Assembly: GCF_009834535.1 (NCBI RefSeq)
Contig: NC_045697.1
Coordinates: 25,050,001-25,114,000, forward strand
Source: Camelus ferus
Taxonomy: Eukaryota
DNA length: 64,000 bases
Direction: 5' to 3'
The stretch's first letter is position 1. Each line of letters starts with the position of its first letter. The notes below the pieces were generated by a model. That model was given only the letters and a program-made list of their open reading frames with translations, searched no databases and was not told the DNA's origin. Of the stretch, positions 13,110 through 27,499 are shown piece after piece. The position numbers and the translations under genes are program-made.

Positions 13110-14689
13110 CTGGTAAATGAAAGATCATCAAAAATTAATGTCACTTGGCCAAAGAACACAACTTCAAAGATGAACACTGAAAAACCATGAGCAAAACGGT
13201 ATGAAAAGCTTAAACTCGGTGTATTAAATAAACATATTAGTACTTGTTTACAGATGGGAAAGACATTTAAATATTTACTAAATGTTGTTTGAATAAGCAA
13301 CAGAAATCCTGCTGTAGTTTTAGTCTAACAGATCTTAGCTGAATTCTAAATTATGAGCAATTTCCAAAATGAAAAACACACAAAATTAATATTCATTTAA
13401 ATTAGAGCATGCTTTAATAATTTATTAGTGAAATCTAAATAAGCAATTGAAATTATTTTTTCATTATGAAATGATATCTTACATTGTAAATAAGAAAAAA
13501 AAGGTCTATATTCTAGGATATTAAATTGAGGAAAAAATATTTGAACCCTTTTCCTAATATTTAACATTAAGGAATTCATGGCAATATGATACTTTTCATG
13601 ATAACTCCTTATAAAAATATAATTATAATCATTTTTTGGTCTTTTAACCTATAAAAGAAATATTTCTCAAAATTAATTGTGAGCAAAACTAGGACAAGGG
13701 CACCATTTCAAATTTTCATTTACTTTCAAATATTTCCAACCTATCATATATAGAAATATTCAAGCTTAATTAATGACAAGAATTATCTCCCCAAACTTGA
13801 AAGGATATTTTAGGTCAAGATCCCATTATAAATAGAAGATATTTCTTATATATATCACATCTTTCATTTCAAAGGACATGCTAAATGTAATAAAGAGTAC
13901 AAGAATGTTAATCAATGTATGACATTAAACTTTTATAGTAAATATATTTTAATAGTTTTAAATATACAGTATTCCAAGCAACACCTAAAATTACAAATTA
14001 CACAAAAATGATTACATGAAATATGCATACAGAAACACATTTTTACTATGTGACAGCCTTTCCAGTTGACATTTCAAATCTTTTAGCAGAAAATAAAAAT
14101 AGAAATTAAATTACCAATTAAGTTGCCTATTCTTCAACTTTAATCATGTCGTTTTATTTTCCATTAGTCTACTTAAGCTTTTTTTCATTGGTAGATTAAA
14201 ATAACTCATTCAAAGCTAATGTTTTGTCTACTTTTATAGAGTCTATAATGTCACTTGTCATTTCCTCTATGCCTAGCATAATAGGTATAATCCATTAATA
14301 TTCTCAGATAAGCCACACAGTAAGCCAGAATTTTGTAAATAATCTAAAGAAATCTTACAAATAAGTAGTATGAGCAGGAAAAAGTCATGCTTATTAATTA
14401 TGGGATTTTCATTATGTATTTATTCTATTATATATAAGACAATCAGAAAATTATTAACATTTGATGAATGTCATTATGTCCATGTCCCAAAATTTCTCAT
14501 TATTAAGTCTGAGTTTTGACTGTATTAATTATATATGAAATCATACTCTTTTGGGGAACAGACAGTGCAAAGGTCATTGAACTGAAAGTCTGTGAACCTT
14601 TTTCTCCTATCGATCAAGGCAGAACACTGATGGCTGGTAGGTCCACTTTACACATGGTACTACTGGAAGCACAGGGCAGTGATCCCAGA

Positions 14690-15013
14690 GAAATGGGCAA
14701 CAAGCAAGTTGAGGTCTACAGTTGCCTCAATTTACTATCTGGAGAGATTCTGCGGGGCACAGGACAGAGATCTATCTCAAAGAGATCCTGGCAGTCTCCA
14801 GGAATTGAAGAGACCAAGTGGAAGATTCAGGTTGGCCAAGCTGCTAGAATTTTCAGAACAGACGATCAGAGGGGATAGCACTGTACTAAGAGGAGAGAGA
14901 TACAGACAGATTATGCTAAGAAGAGCTACAGAAGGTCCTATGGAAGTCTTCAGCTGAGAACTGATCAGCATCAACATGTGAGGAGGAGACTATAAGGCTA
15001 GAAAATGACCCAC

Positions 15014-15044
<31 letters not shown>

Positions 15045-15254
15045 CAAAACAAAACAAACAAAACAAAAAAACACACATAAAAGAACCACCAGTGCTCATA
15101 GAAAGCTAGAAATGGATGTGTTCTAACCAGCAGTTGGTGGAAAAATCTCAATACATGAAGTATTGGAAAGATTATTCAAAGAGGTACTGCCCCCATCGTA
15201 GGGCAAAATTTTCTCTAGACTGAAGGCTGCTCTGTTCTTGCCAGTTAGGTAGAT

Positions 15255-15289
<35 letters not shown>

Positions 15290-15510
15290 CAAGATAGCCT
15301 GAAAAGTATGAAACTGTTCTAAGTAACTTAACTGCATCCAAGAACAAAGTACAGAAATATTTAAGGGAATACAAAAGTATTCAGCAACCAATAAAGTAAA
15401 TAACAATTTCTGAAAACCAATCAAAACTTCTAGGCATTTAGAGAAGCAGGAAAATATGAACTATAATGGGAAAAAAATCAATCAATATAAGAGAACTGGA
15501 CACAGATGAT
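14690..15510 (+). mobile_element. Old L1 5' region (L1M4/L1MD-like) with (AAAAC)n and (AGAT/AGAC)n expansions
   Basis: aagtaacttaactgcatccaagaacaaag..gaagcaggaaaatatgaactataatg..aatcaatcaat. Confidence 0.8.
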
Positions 15511-16489
15511 GACTTTTTCAAACTGTCCTGAACTAAAAATATTAAATATAAGTAGTGTTGGCTTCAATGAGAATCTGACTATTATAACTAATCCCTTGCT
15601 CTAGTTTAAAAAAATAAATACTTATTTTTCATATTGCAGCCTAGATATCATAGGTCCCCTTCATCCCTTGGAGAAACTTTATTCCTTGCTTCTGTGGAAT
15701 TCTATCATCCCTCCCCTGAGATTTCTTCAAGTAACCAAAAGTTAATTTTCTCCTGTCTTTCTCTTTATCCAAGTTTGACTACGCTGTACAGTAAGTGGAT
15801 CAGATATTCAAAATTCACCCCTTTGAAAGACTGACAAATGCCATCCTTAACCCAAGAATTTCAGAAATTTTGCAAAAATTTTGAAGGTTTATAAAGTAAC
15901 CAAGGGGCGTGCTGGAAGACTCTGTGGCCTTCTGACACTTCCAAAGTTCCATTTCTGCTCTTCTCCACCTACTACCTTCTTTACTCCATCCCTTTCAGAA
16001 TGACCTTGTTAGCTCCAAATTCTATGTCAGATTTACGCACATTTTACCCCAGATACAAGCCCATACTCATCAAAAAAATTCATCAAAATGATAATAATAT
16101 GGGATCTTTGCAGTATGGATATAATCATATGTCTATCCAGTGTCCTCATAGCAGTAATACCTAAAAATACCCCAAAACACTAATTATTTTAGTCTAGTTA
16201 TAATATTTCACTTTTTAAGATGATTTTATATAAATATTCCATTATATATACATTTATTCTGATTTTACATTTGATCTTTTAAAAATGATCCCTTGTTATT
16301 AAATGAATTTGGGGATATTAATTGTATGGGCTTCAGAATACTTCATCAGGCATTTTGGAACAAGATATTAAATCATATATATTTGGAATCATATTTCAGG
16401 AGCTGTGTGCTCAAATATGGAAGTATTTTTCACAGACGTGTTTGAGTTATCTTCCAAGAAAAACTATCCTCATATAATAATCAACACAA

Positions 16490-16680
16490 CTGCAATTGTG
16501 ATGAGCCAGGCACAGTCCTATTCTCTTATTTCATTATCGAATTTAATATTTACAATACTATTGTGGGTGTCTGTATTCTATTCATTTCATGAATGATGGA
16601 CCTGAGGATCATAGCTATTAAGCAAAGTGCCCAAGACAGAATCAGTTTCAAACCTTTCTTCCTGACATAAAATCCCACAA
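16490..16680 (-). mobile_element. MIR
   Basis: Degenerate core cattt..atgatggacctgagg..ttaagcaaagtgcccaag. Confidence 0.55.
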
Positions 16681-18004
16681 TAATGTTGTGTTTATATTTT
16701 TCCCCAACACGGTGTGACTGATGTGTATGTATGCATTTTAGGTGTTCATTAATTTTATCTTCATCTTAGGAACATTCAATTTACCTAATCAGTTATACAG
16801 ACTTCAAGGAAGGTGAGTATTTATTCAAACGTCCACAATTTGACAAAACTACTATCAGTCTAATCTTTACCTTGGATCATCACCAGCAGTCTTAACGAGG
16901 TGGTAACTAAGCCTGATGATATTAAAGACATTGGATATCTTTGGAGAAATGAGTAGCTTACTTAATTAGTAAAATGAATGTGAGGAATGTGTTTCTTTGG
17001 TAAATATAATAGGTGTTCAGAAGCTGTGAACTGACTGGAAATATTTTAATGCATTGTTATTGCACATGAAAAAAGTGGGTGTAGGTCAGTTGGTGAAAAT
17101 TCTTCTGTTAATCATATGGCATACTGCTTCAATGTGGAACTTAGTTAAAAATTATTTTAGTTTATTGTGATGTGCCATTTTTCATACAAATTTCTGGAAA
17201 GAAATTACAGATCAATTTTTTAAATTTTCAGGAATTTACCACAAAGAATCTCTTTCTCCAGTTCCATTAATTATTTATGTGGCTGATTTTATTATGGTTT
17301 TTTTTGGGGGGGTACAACCCGGAGGCTCTCCAACAGACTGAACACATCTCAGTATGTACAATAAATGATTTCTAGGTTCTACTCAGCGCTGTACTAACAA
17401 CTTAAGAATTAAACATAGTCTGTTGAGTTGTATGTCATATATGTTCATGGATGTTGGGTCACATATTATCACATGGAAATCTCAAAATATTCTTATGCAC
17501 ACTTAGTAATATCTTCCATTTGAAAAAAATGTAAAATATTATAAATTATTTCAAATCTCTAATCCTTCTTAAAGCTAAATATCTTATGTAATTTTAATGA
17601 TTCATTTTCATCTTCTATTCAAATCTGCAAAGGCAAAGCATATTTTCCCCATAGCATAATTTCATTTTTCTAACTGAATGATTTAGCTATATTTCTTTAT
17701 CCTTAGAATAAATAAAATTCTTTTTGAAATTTAAAAAAATACTTTTCATACAATTTGCCTTTTATAATATTTTTCTTCTGTAAGTTTTTGTTATTCATGA
17801 GTAAGATTCACTGTTCACATTGAAATCTATTCTCTCATTTCAAACACTTTTGTGTTTTCCTTAATTAAGGAAAAACTTCAGATGTTTATTCACATAATTA
17901 AGTGTTTTCTATTGTGTCTACTGAGCATTTGGCATAATATTTTGTATGGCATAACACTTTTATCATAGTATTCTTTCCTCTGTTCTTTGGTTTCTCTCAA
18001 AAAA

Positions 18005-18181
18005 TATATATGTGCACACACATTCACACACACATATATACACACATAAAAACACATATATATGTATATATATACACACATTATTTTATAGCCATCATAT
18101 TGGCAAACATTTATATTATATATAAACATATAATAATATAATATACAATATAAATTTGTGTTCATATACACACACACACAA
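18005..18181. repeat. (CA)/(TA)-rich low-complexity tract
   Basis: Direct reading. Confidence 0.85.
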
Positions 18182-18875
18182 ATAGGATACTGATTATGTC
18201 CAACTCTCAGATATAAAGACTAACTTCTATGTCGATAGCATGCACTAATTTTTGTGGTCCAAAAACAGTATTCTACTCACATCACATAGTCCTCTGTAAA
18301 GCTAAAACAATGGTATACTCAAAAATCTAAGTTTCCTGGAATGACTTGCTATGAGAGCTTTGTTTTAGAGCTAGGATTTGTTGTTTGCTTGCTCCTCTTT
18401 TTTTTTTTCTTTATTTATTTATCTATCTTTTTGATTGGCATTTGTTACTTTACATTCTGGAGAACACCACTGCTTTAAGATATAATGTGTTCCTACCAAG
18501 ACCAATTACAATGTAACAATCTGGCACTTTTTTTTTCTTTAATTTGCTATCTTTTAAATTATAAATTAGAATTACGTTGTAAATTGGGAATACATTTTGA
18601 TTGAAATGAAAATAACATTGACCGTGTTACTTAGTGACTTGCTTTTTATAGACCCCAAATCTTTACCCAGGTTGGTGACCATGGGATACAGAGTAGCACT
18701 AAGTATTAGAATATCTTGCTTTCTCTCTGTGCAGCAGATCTCCTCTGTTTCCTGAAAAAGCTACTAAATATTTTTTCCTCTCTTAATTTAGCTAGTTATT
18801 ATTTTGTTTGGTATACATTTCTTAACATTCTAACCAAAGGAGTTTTTTTCTCTTTTCTTTTATTCAGTATGTGTT

Positions 18876-19476
18876 TGTATTAGTTTACTATTGCTTCTGT
18901 AAGAAAATAACCACAAATTTAGCATTTTAAATTATCTATCTATAATTTCATAATTCTGAAGATTAGAAGTTTGGTGGGCTTGACGTCTCTGCTCTCAAGG
19001 CTGAAATCAAAGAGGTGATGGTCCTGGACTGACAGTTGAAGGCTCCAGTGGAGAATTCATTGCCAGTCTTACTTTATTGTCGGCAGAATTCAGTTCCGTG
19101 AATTTTTAGGACTGAGATCCTCATTTCCTTGCTGACTTGTCAGTTGGGAGCCTCTCAGCTTCTTCAGACCATCTGCATTTCTTTTCAGTTGGCCTCTTCC
19201 ATCTTTAAACAAGCCACAGGGCATTGAGTCAGTCCCACATTTTGATAGTTATTTATTCTCCCTCTGCCTCAACTATTCTACCTCCAGCTGGAGAATATTA
19301 TCTGTTTTAAGGTCTCCTGTGATTAGACTGGGCCCACCTAGATAGTTCAGGTTACTCTCTCTACTTCAGGTCTGTATCATTAATCATGACTGGAAAGTTA
19401 GTTTTGCCAAGTAAGAAAACACACTTACAAGTTCCAGGGATTAAGTTGTGAATGCCTTTGTGTACTGATTACCATA
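18876..19476 (-). mobile_element. MaLR solo LTR (MLT1D/E-like)
   Basis: tgtattagtttactattgct..taaccacaaatttagc..ggcagaattcagttcc..gattagactgggcccacctagata. Confidence 0.85.
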
Positions 19477-19899
19477 GTACTTTATAGAAAGTTGAAAAGG
19501 CAGTGATAAAATTATGGGCCAACCATTCTCAGGTTTACATGCAATATTAGATGTTTATATCCGAACAATTTTATTTATTATCATATAATAGTACTAAAGT
19601 TGAGCCACCATTATAAAAGATTATGTTACAAGACTGCAATGTTTTCAAATGTATACCTTTCTTTAAAAAAAAATAGAATCAACTAGACTAGAAGTTGTTT
19701 CAAACAATACAAACTAGTAATTCAAATTTATACCTAGGAGTGAGCAAACAACGAACCTTTTTTTTAAAAAAATAAATCTGTCAATTCTGTCAATCTCATG
19801 GATATAAGGACAATTTGCTTTTGAACTGCTTTTTAAAGTTAGCAGGAAAATAAGAAAAAAACAAAACTTTTACAATGATAAATTGAAGTCTGAACTTAA

Positions 19900-20710
19900 A
19901 TACTTGATTTTTTAAAAGCTGATGTCAGTATTTTAATAGTAATAAATATCACCATTAGATAAAAATGAGATGAAAACTGTCTGACCTACTTGAAAAGCAT
20001 TAAGCACATCCCTAGATAACCCTTCAAAAATTTTTTAAAAGATAGATTAAGTAGAAATATTAGAAAATATTATAGTACAAATGACAGATAAGTGATGGAT
20101 AATTATAATATAAAAATACACAAATCATGAAGAAATAATTAAATTTATCTCATGGAAAATATACATACAAACACGAAAAGACAGGTCCCAGAGCAGAGTT
20201 CAAAATGAACAAAATAACATGTAAGAAAATGGGCAGAATTTTGGGTAGTCAGAGAAACAGAAATTAAAATAAAACTGGGGTATCATTTTATACTTATCAG
20301 ACTGGCAAACATGAGACAGACGATATTTCTATTAGAGATCTGAATGAAATGTTTGTGTTCACATATCATGTCAGAGACATGAATCATTACATAATTTTTG
20401 GAAAGTGATTTGACAGTAACTATCACAATTAGATGTAACAGTATACATCGTATCATAAACTGTAAAGTCAATCCCATGATACCTACATTTACATATATGT
20501 GAATACTTGTATTTATTGTAGCCTCTTTATAATAGAAAAAAGTAAGTACAGTGAATAATTGTTGATTAAAAATGATTTTAAAAACAATGGGACATATAAA
20601 GTGGTAGATGTCATGCAGCCACTAAAAATTAACTGATTAGAGGATTATACTAATTGATATGGTGATGTTTCTGTGAAGTTAAAAACTAAGAATTAGAAGT
20701 TAGAGAAGTA
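19900..20710 (+). mobile_element. Very old L1ME fragment
   Basis: gaaattaaaataaaactggggtatcattttatacttatcagactggcaaa; tttggaaagtgatttgacagta. Confidence 0.6.
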
Positions 20711-20999
20711 GATGTAAACATCTGTTTCCTCTCTGCAGCTATTCAGTACTTGAGAGGAGCGTTGACAGCAGTTGAAGATGGCTGTTCCCAGACCTGACTT
20801 CTGTAAGTTCATGACTTGCTTTGCATAGTAGGGTAAGACAAAGACCAGAAATATAACATTAACAGATAGTTTTTATGGGGGTGGGATAAAAACTGGACCA
20901 ACATTTCATATAAACATTTAGAAGACGAGAGCAGGTCGAAATAGCACTATTTTGCTTAACCACTTTTATGACACGATCACAAACAGTAATAGGAAGGCC

Positions 21000-21203
21000 T
21001 CATGCCCTTCATATAAAATTAATCCAAGCATAGTGAGTTTCTTCTATGCTGTTGGACTTAAAATTTTCAAGTTTTCCAACAGGTCTAAACTTCAATACAG
21101 CAAAAAAAAGCTTTAAAAGTATTTTTCAGCTCTGACAAATTTGCAAAGATATGGCAGAGGACACTTGGCATGTTTTACTAGATCTATTTCAGATATGAAA
21201 TAT
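21000..21203 (-). pseudogene. Pseudo-exon
   Basis: ttttatag|A (phase 2); ISEIDLVKHAKC vs IKTMEMVKTKW; LKNTFKAFFCCIE vs FGSNFETLSVWIT. Confidence 0.6.
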
Positions 21204-21499
21204 CTATAAAAGCTAAATAAAGCTTCCCCTTGTTAAAACTTTTTATTAGATTAAGACAATAATTCCTAAAATTAGAAACAGAATTCTACTTTTCAGTATT
21301 CATAAGAATGACACAGAAATGTTAAACAGACAAATCTAAAAATCCTCCCCACCAAAAAAAAGAAAATTTTTTTAAAAACTTTATTTTTCTCCAGTGAAGC
21401 AGTAAATGAAATTTGGAATAAGGTCACTTTTAACTTACCTTTTTTGGCTAGGAGTTTTTTTGTTTGTTCGCTTTTTTTTTTAACTTATAAATCTCATTG

Positions 21500-22010
21500 T
21501 TCCCAAGGTTGAGGGCAAAAATTGGTACCACCTTTCTGTAGAAAAGGTACCACCTTTCTGGAGAAAATATTAGCAATATATTTAAATGTTTAATATCATT
21601 AATAATCAGTTTTAATCCTAGGAATTTATCCTAAGGCAGTAATTTTAAAATATGAACCAAGATTTACTTAGAAAGATTTCATGACTTTTAAGAATTGATT
21701 TATAATTCCAAAAACAAAACCCAAAAAAATCAATGTTAACAAAAATATGGAAATTTGATATTATGATTCATCTACAAAAGAAAATATTAAAAGTAATCTC
21801 AAAAATACAATGGCTTATCAGATAAAATTTATAAGGTAATGCTAAATTCAGAGAATTGATTTTGTTTTAATTCATGTATGCATGTATACAATAAGACTGG
21901 AGAAGATGTACATGAGTTATGGTTATAGTCAAGTGAAGGTAATTTCTTTCTCTTATTTTTAATATTTTAAAAATATTTTCCAAAGAGTACATACAACTTT
22001 TGAAATTAGG
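21500..22010 (+). mobile_element. Very old L1ME 3' fragment
   Basis: aattggtaccacctttctg..cctaggaatttatcctaagg. Confidence 0.6.
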
Positions 22011-22154
22011 AAAATGTTATTTGTGAGAAATGAAAATTCAGATTTGGCATCTCAATTCAAAATCCCCAACATCCAAAGGCTATTTTGTGTGATTTTACTT
22101 TCAGTGATGTCCCCTTACTGATGTTTAAAGTGGCTGTGGCTAGCATTTCCTTAC

Positions 22155-22299
22155 CTCTGATAAGCTTTTCCTTTTAGAGCAGTTGAGGTACAGTGAGTAA
22201 TTTCTTTCAGCTTATCTCACATTAAAGTGTGAGGTTTCCTTGTGGGATTTAAAAAGCCACAAACTTTATAAACATAAGAATTACTTCCACATTAAAGGA
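22155..22299 (-). pseudogene. Pseudo-exon
   Basis: gtttag| ... AG|gtaagg (phase 2); LNPTRK..LM*DKLKEI vs LGPQNKQLLQQQAKSI. Confidence 0.5.
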
Positions 22300-22519
22300 C
22301 TAAACACAGCAGGGTAGTGCTGCAGGCCCAGGGAATGACTTAGTCATTGAATTGAAATGGAATACTCCCCCCAGGTGATTCAGAAAATGTCATAATCTTT
22401 TCAATATGATGAACTGAACAGGCTTAGGGAGATCAAGGTAAAAGCCAGCTTGGAGGCTAAAAGGTGCAATCATCACAATTTGAACTTTTAATCTGAAAGA
22501 CCTTCAATTTCCACTCCCA

Positions 22520-22705
22520 TTGGTGTCCACAGGACAGCTTAACTATAGGATTCACCTAATTCCAGCTCAGCTATTTGAAGGTAGTTTAAAAGCATCTATA
22601 AAGCATGTGGGATCATTCAAGAAGCTGAGATTTGGGCACTTGAAGTCTCCCAATGCTAGCATCACAGATCGTAACTTTTAAGCATCTTCCTGCTTCAAAT
22701 ATAAG
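22520..22705 (-). pseudogene. Pseudo-exon
   Basis: KLRSVM[fs]*HWET..LLNYLQIAELE vs RIQVTLRKWER..VVRYLFQ. Confidence 0.45.
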
Positions 22706-23499
22706 AATAGGCCCCCTTAAGATTATTGCCAATAAAGACATAAACGTCAAAATCTGTTACAGGGCTGCTATAATTAATGGTTTGTGGGTAAGGCCATGTA
22801 GGCTGATGTATGAAATGTGTGGTCTTTTGGATGACAGTGGGCAACTGCTGTAACTGTGACCTAGAATCCTTTAATTGGAACCATAAACTTAGCAAGTCAA
22901 ATGAAACAGTGAAAAATAGCAGCCTGAAAGGGGACACAGATTAAGGATCAATGTGGAAGACTTAGAAAAACACAACGGGCTGCAGTGACTGGCAGGGATG
23001 TCCCACTTCAAAGAGCGGGTGAAAGAGCCCCCTCTGAGACACAGAGCCTGCGTGCAGAGACAGAAAGGGCTTTCCCCGAACTGTCAGGAAAATGGACTGC
23101 CAGGTGCGTTGTCAAACTCGAGGGAACTAGCAGAGTGCAGCTGTATGGCTAAGATAAAGTTCTGTGCTTCAAAACTAGGAGACTGTGCCAATGATAAGAT
23201 GGAATATGGGAAAATGCCCTTTGGACAAAAGGGAAAATGGATTCTAGGATTATAGGAAATACATGTCCTAAATAAAAATGCCAAAGTCCACTGCGTATCA
23301 CTCCATAGGTCCCCATGCAAATTAATCTTAATTTTCAGTTATTTTTATGGAATACAGAGAAGTGGGACATGTACTCTATTCATGGGATTGTATTTAAGAA
23401 TACATACACCATTATCTCTAGTAATGAATCCACACAAATAAAACCTGATATTAAAATTTTGCTACTTTCAATATACTTTTTAATTACTGCTTTAAAAGT

Positions 23500-23680
23500 A
23501 TTTATTTAATCCTCAATGCAAACCTATGAGAGAGTATCACTGATTTTTATATTTTACAAATGAGCAACACAAGCAAAAAGATATATAAAGTAACTGATTC
23601 AATGTTATGCAGATAGTAAGTGGGAGAGTCAGGAGTTAAGCTCAGGACGCTCAAGACACCAGCGTCCCTACTCTAAGGAG
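23500..23680 (-). mobile_element. MIR
   Basis: tttaatcctcaa..aacctatgag..attttacaaatgag..tagtaagtgggagagtcagga. Confidence 0.75.
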
Positions 23681-23950
23681 GCATAATAAAGCCCGTCTTC
23701 ACTCTGCCGGAACTAGTATCCATCATTAGCATATCTCAGCTGTGAGAAAATAAACTGGATTACTGACAACCTACTGGACTCCAGATTTTATACTGTATGG
23801 TACTTGTAGATGTTGGTGTCTTTGATAACATCCAACTGCTGTATTACTTACGTGGTATTTCTATGTACAGGGTACCATGTGCAGACACACGCACGCACAT
23901 GCACACACACACACACACTGTCCTTATTCTTTCCCCATGTTGTGCCAGCT

Positions 23951-24133
23951 CAGTGGTTTTCAGGCTGACTGCATAAGAAATACGTGGGGGCCTTTGTTAT
24001 AAACACATATTCATCAGTATTATTCCAAGAAAATTCGATTCAGTAGGCATGGAGGTGGATCCAAGAATTCGCATTTCCAAAAAATTCCCAGATAATGGCA
24101 ATGCTGCTGGTCCAGGGACCACACTGACCAGTG
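23951..24133. mobile_element. MER5A (hAT-Charlie)
   Basis: cagtggttttca..gattcagtagg..aagaattcgcatttc..atgctgctggtccagggaccacact. Confidence 0.85.
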
Positions 24134-24151
24134 TTCCAGCAGAAACCTCAC

Positions 24152-24224
24152 CAAGGTTATGTTTCTCCAAGGACGTCCATGGCTTTATTTAGTTCTGATT
24201 TTTATGCCTGTTAACTCTCAATAC
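24152..24224 (-). pseudogene. Possible pseudo-exon fragment
   Basis: tttcag|..IES*QA*KSELNKAMDVLGE..|gtgagg; spectrin helix-B pattern. Confidence 0.4.
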
Positions 24225-25575
24225 CTGAAACTGCCCCTTTTACATTTCTGAAAAAGTCACTGAAACCAGGCCCAAGGTGCACTTATCAGGAAACGGTACT
24301 CCTGTTTGTTTATTTTTGGCTTAAACCAACCAGTGCACAGAACAACTGGTATCCAGCATGACCTCATATAACTGTTAAGTTCACGATGTCTCTAATTTCA
24401 TGAAGTTATCAAAGTTCTTGTTCTGTTGCTATGAATGGTTCACTGATTAACTCTTACCTTCTGGATATCTGCTCTATCCCTTTTATTTATATTCTATTCT
24501 TGGAATATTTTCAATGTGTTTTTCCTTTTCATTTATTTATTTTTGCCATTTTTGTCTTTACTTTTATTTACTCATCATAAGTGACTGGGGTCAAATAAAC
24601 TACAAAGCAGCAGCCAATGTGGAAAAAACAGAGAGAAAGATGAAAGATAATATGATCCATGGCCTATCTGAATATGAAACATAAAAAATATACAACAGTC
24701 ATAAGCCTATATTCAAAGAGACATTATGTATTTGTTGACTTTCAAATTTAATTAAATTTTTGGCAAAAAAAAAAAAAAAGCCAGAAAACAGGCTTAATGC
24801 AGTTAGAATGAGCAGAGGAACTCAACTAGTTTCTACAAAGCTTCTGCAAACAGACTCTGGAGAAGCACAAACTTGTAACCCAGCAGTCATAATAATGGAA
24901 TTATCTGACACAACATACTTGAAAATTCAACAGTAAGAGAGAAACAGGAACTGCAGGAGTTAGAGTTCAACAGAAAAAGTACATTTTACAAACTAAATTT
25001 ATCATAAAGAGAGCAGAGCTGAGTCAGATAAAGGAAGATGTCCTGTACTTGATAAACCCTGAACTACTTCTTGGCCGCAGGCTGCCAAGGCCACAGCATT
25101 ATTATGGCCCAAAAGGCACAAATAAATCCAACTGAAAAAGCAAATAGCAAAACTGGGAAACAAGGGAAATTATTATAAAGACAGACAAAATAATATCTTT
25201 TAAATCTAAATTATACTTAAACATTGTAGGAAAAAATAGTGTACTGATAGAAAAAAATAAAAGGTTTGGGTACAGAAATAGTAACTAAAGAAAAAGCAGA
25301 AATGTTCCGAATACCTGGTAATTATGTCTGTGATATTTTACACATCTCAAATAGTGTAAGAGTAAAATATAAAGGATAATAGCAACATCTGGCATTTTCA
25401 CCTTCCCAGGATTTATAAGTAGTTCTAGATTAATATTTCAAACATGCTGTTATCCATTAGGTCCTAGGAAAAAGTGTCTTAAGAAATATTTTTTTTCTGA
25501 TGTACTCCATTCAATGCTCATGTGTTAAAAAAAAGAAAAGAAAATATGTGTTTTCCTAAATCATTTGAGACACAC

Positions 25576-26175
25576 AGTCAACTCTCTTTATTCACAGACT
25601 TGGTGTTAGAGAATTTGTATATTCACTAAAACTTGCTTGTAACCCCAAAATCAACGCTCACAGTCACCTGTGCACATAACACTGAGCTGCAAAATATATG
25701 AGTCCCCCACAGTGCATTTTCCTAGCTGAGGTGGAGTAAAGTGATGCTCTGCCTTCTAGTTTCAATTCTCATATTGTATACAAATTTTCTTTTTGCAGTC
25801 TGTTCAGTCCCACTTTATACATTTTTGTGCTTTTATGAGGATCTTGTTTCTGAAAAATAAATAGTGCTGAAGTGCCGTAGTGTTCCTAAGCACAAGAAGG
25901 CTGTGATATGCTTTATGGGAGAAATATGTTAGACTAGTGTTTAGGTGTGGGTTACCGTGTTGCAGGCTGGAAGCTTGATGTTAATGAATCAACAAGATAT
26001 ACTAAATAAGGTATTTTTAAACAGAAGCAGACTTTAAAATATATGTATTGAGCAGCTGACTAAGTGTTGTGAACTGAGGCTCTGCAGGAACCTACTACTG
26101 AACGTCTATGTTTGTTGATTGCGTGTCCACACAACTTGGTAGAACATAATCACTATGAATAATAAGAACTGACTA
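25576..26175. mobile_element. Tigger-family non-autonomous DNA transposon (MER82-like)
   Basis: TIR-like ends cagtcaactctctttattc / gaataataagaactgacta; internal tgtaaccccaaaatcaa and gttcctaagcacaagaaggctgtgat. Confidence 0.8.
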
Positions 26176-26869
26176 TATTTCTAATTTTGTCATTTTTCTC
26201 TCAAAAGTCCCATTGTTTTCATGTTTACAAAGTTCCTTATTTCACTTTGATAGCTGGACTCTATGTTCTACTCATGAAAGTCACATCAAGAGCAAACACA
26301 AATTATCAGGGGCAAAAACAATGGAACTCTAAGTACAATTGTTGACCAACTGCATGGCATACAGTCTGACTCATCAAAAATTTCTGGTGGAGGCTCAATC
26401 CCGAGACTTAGGGACAGAATGACTGCTGTACTCAGGAGGTCATTAGGACCTAGACTGGTATTCTAACTAAATGCCCTGCACAACACCATATAAAACAAAG
26501 GACAGAATTCAGCCTGAATCTTGACAAGCAACACTGTAAGGTCACTACAAGGATTATAAGGACTTCATAATTTCTTTTCTTTTTGTTCAGGGAATTAAAC
26601 CAAAAGAAATGTACATTCAGCACCATCAGTCCTTTTGAAATCATATTTGATATGACTAGAATTATTGTGCTGCCCAATGGGGATTATCATTTTAGTGATA
26701 AAATTATTGTCCACATCATAGTTTTGCAAAGTGAAGCCATCAGTGGTTTTAATGACCCCTATGGAAGTTAGAGTCAGAACTCTTTATTTAAAAACTTCAT
26801 GGTAAACTTGGGCCTTTGTGCATTTGAGTTATTGATATGAACATCAGATCCTTCAGGGTCTTCTGGGAA

Positions 26870-26978
26870 TTCTATAATTTGATAGGAGCCCAAAACTCCT
26901 GGGACAGTTTTGTACTGAATTTGTAAAGATGTATTTCCCAAATGCGTTTCAATTTTTGCATTTACTTTCCAGTCTTCT
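26870..26978 (-). pseudogene. Pseudo-exon
   Basis: ccctag|..NAFGKYIFTNSVQNC vs SNFGDCVQYKEIVKNS. Confidence 0.4.
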
Positions 26979-27499
26979 CTAGGGCTTTAGAAAAGGCATT
27001 AAGTAAAGGTTTTTAAATGGCTCCTTAGCATATCTCCTTTCTTCAAACAAATAAATGCATGCATTTTGAAAGGATACTGGAAGAGCCCTTTATAATTCTT
27101 TACTATTTAACAGGAAAAAGATTAAAAAAAAAAACTACAAAATATTTTGCATTTCTGGATGTGTTTTTAAAATAAGATGGTTTTTGTGAAGAATTCCACA
27201 CTTAAGGGGAGTATTAGCATCCAAAGAGCATGTGTTTTATCATTAGCCATTAATGAGACCAAAACACTTGCAGAAGGAAAGATTAAACTGCTGATTTGAA
27301 GTCTGAAATCAAAATCACCATATGGACTATTTTTAAATGACATGAAGGCCAGAGCCAAGTGACGAAATTCAGAGGAATATTCACAGGGCCACTTCTTTCA
27401 GGCAGTTACTACTTGCTTATGTAAGGCTTTGACATAAATAAAATCTTTGCAATTCCATTTCCATCAATTGCACTCCATCCCCATACAACTTTAGAAGAA

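Noticed and set aside
20739..20802. Plus-strand exon candidate with a Kozak-like ATG (MAVPRPDF)
   Set aside because: Isolated, abuts an L1 remnant, and nothing downstream supports it.
25060..25135. SW..AFWAII resemblance to CH2 on the minus strand
   Set aside because: Out of collinear order and needs several indels; better CH2 candidates lie at 54-56 kb.
24780..25200. Plus-strand purine-rich coiled-coil-like frames
   Set aside because: Many stops, no family recognised and opposite strand to the fossil gene; left unassigned.
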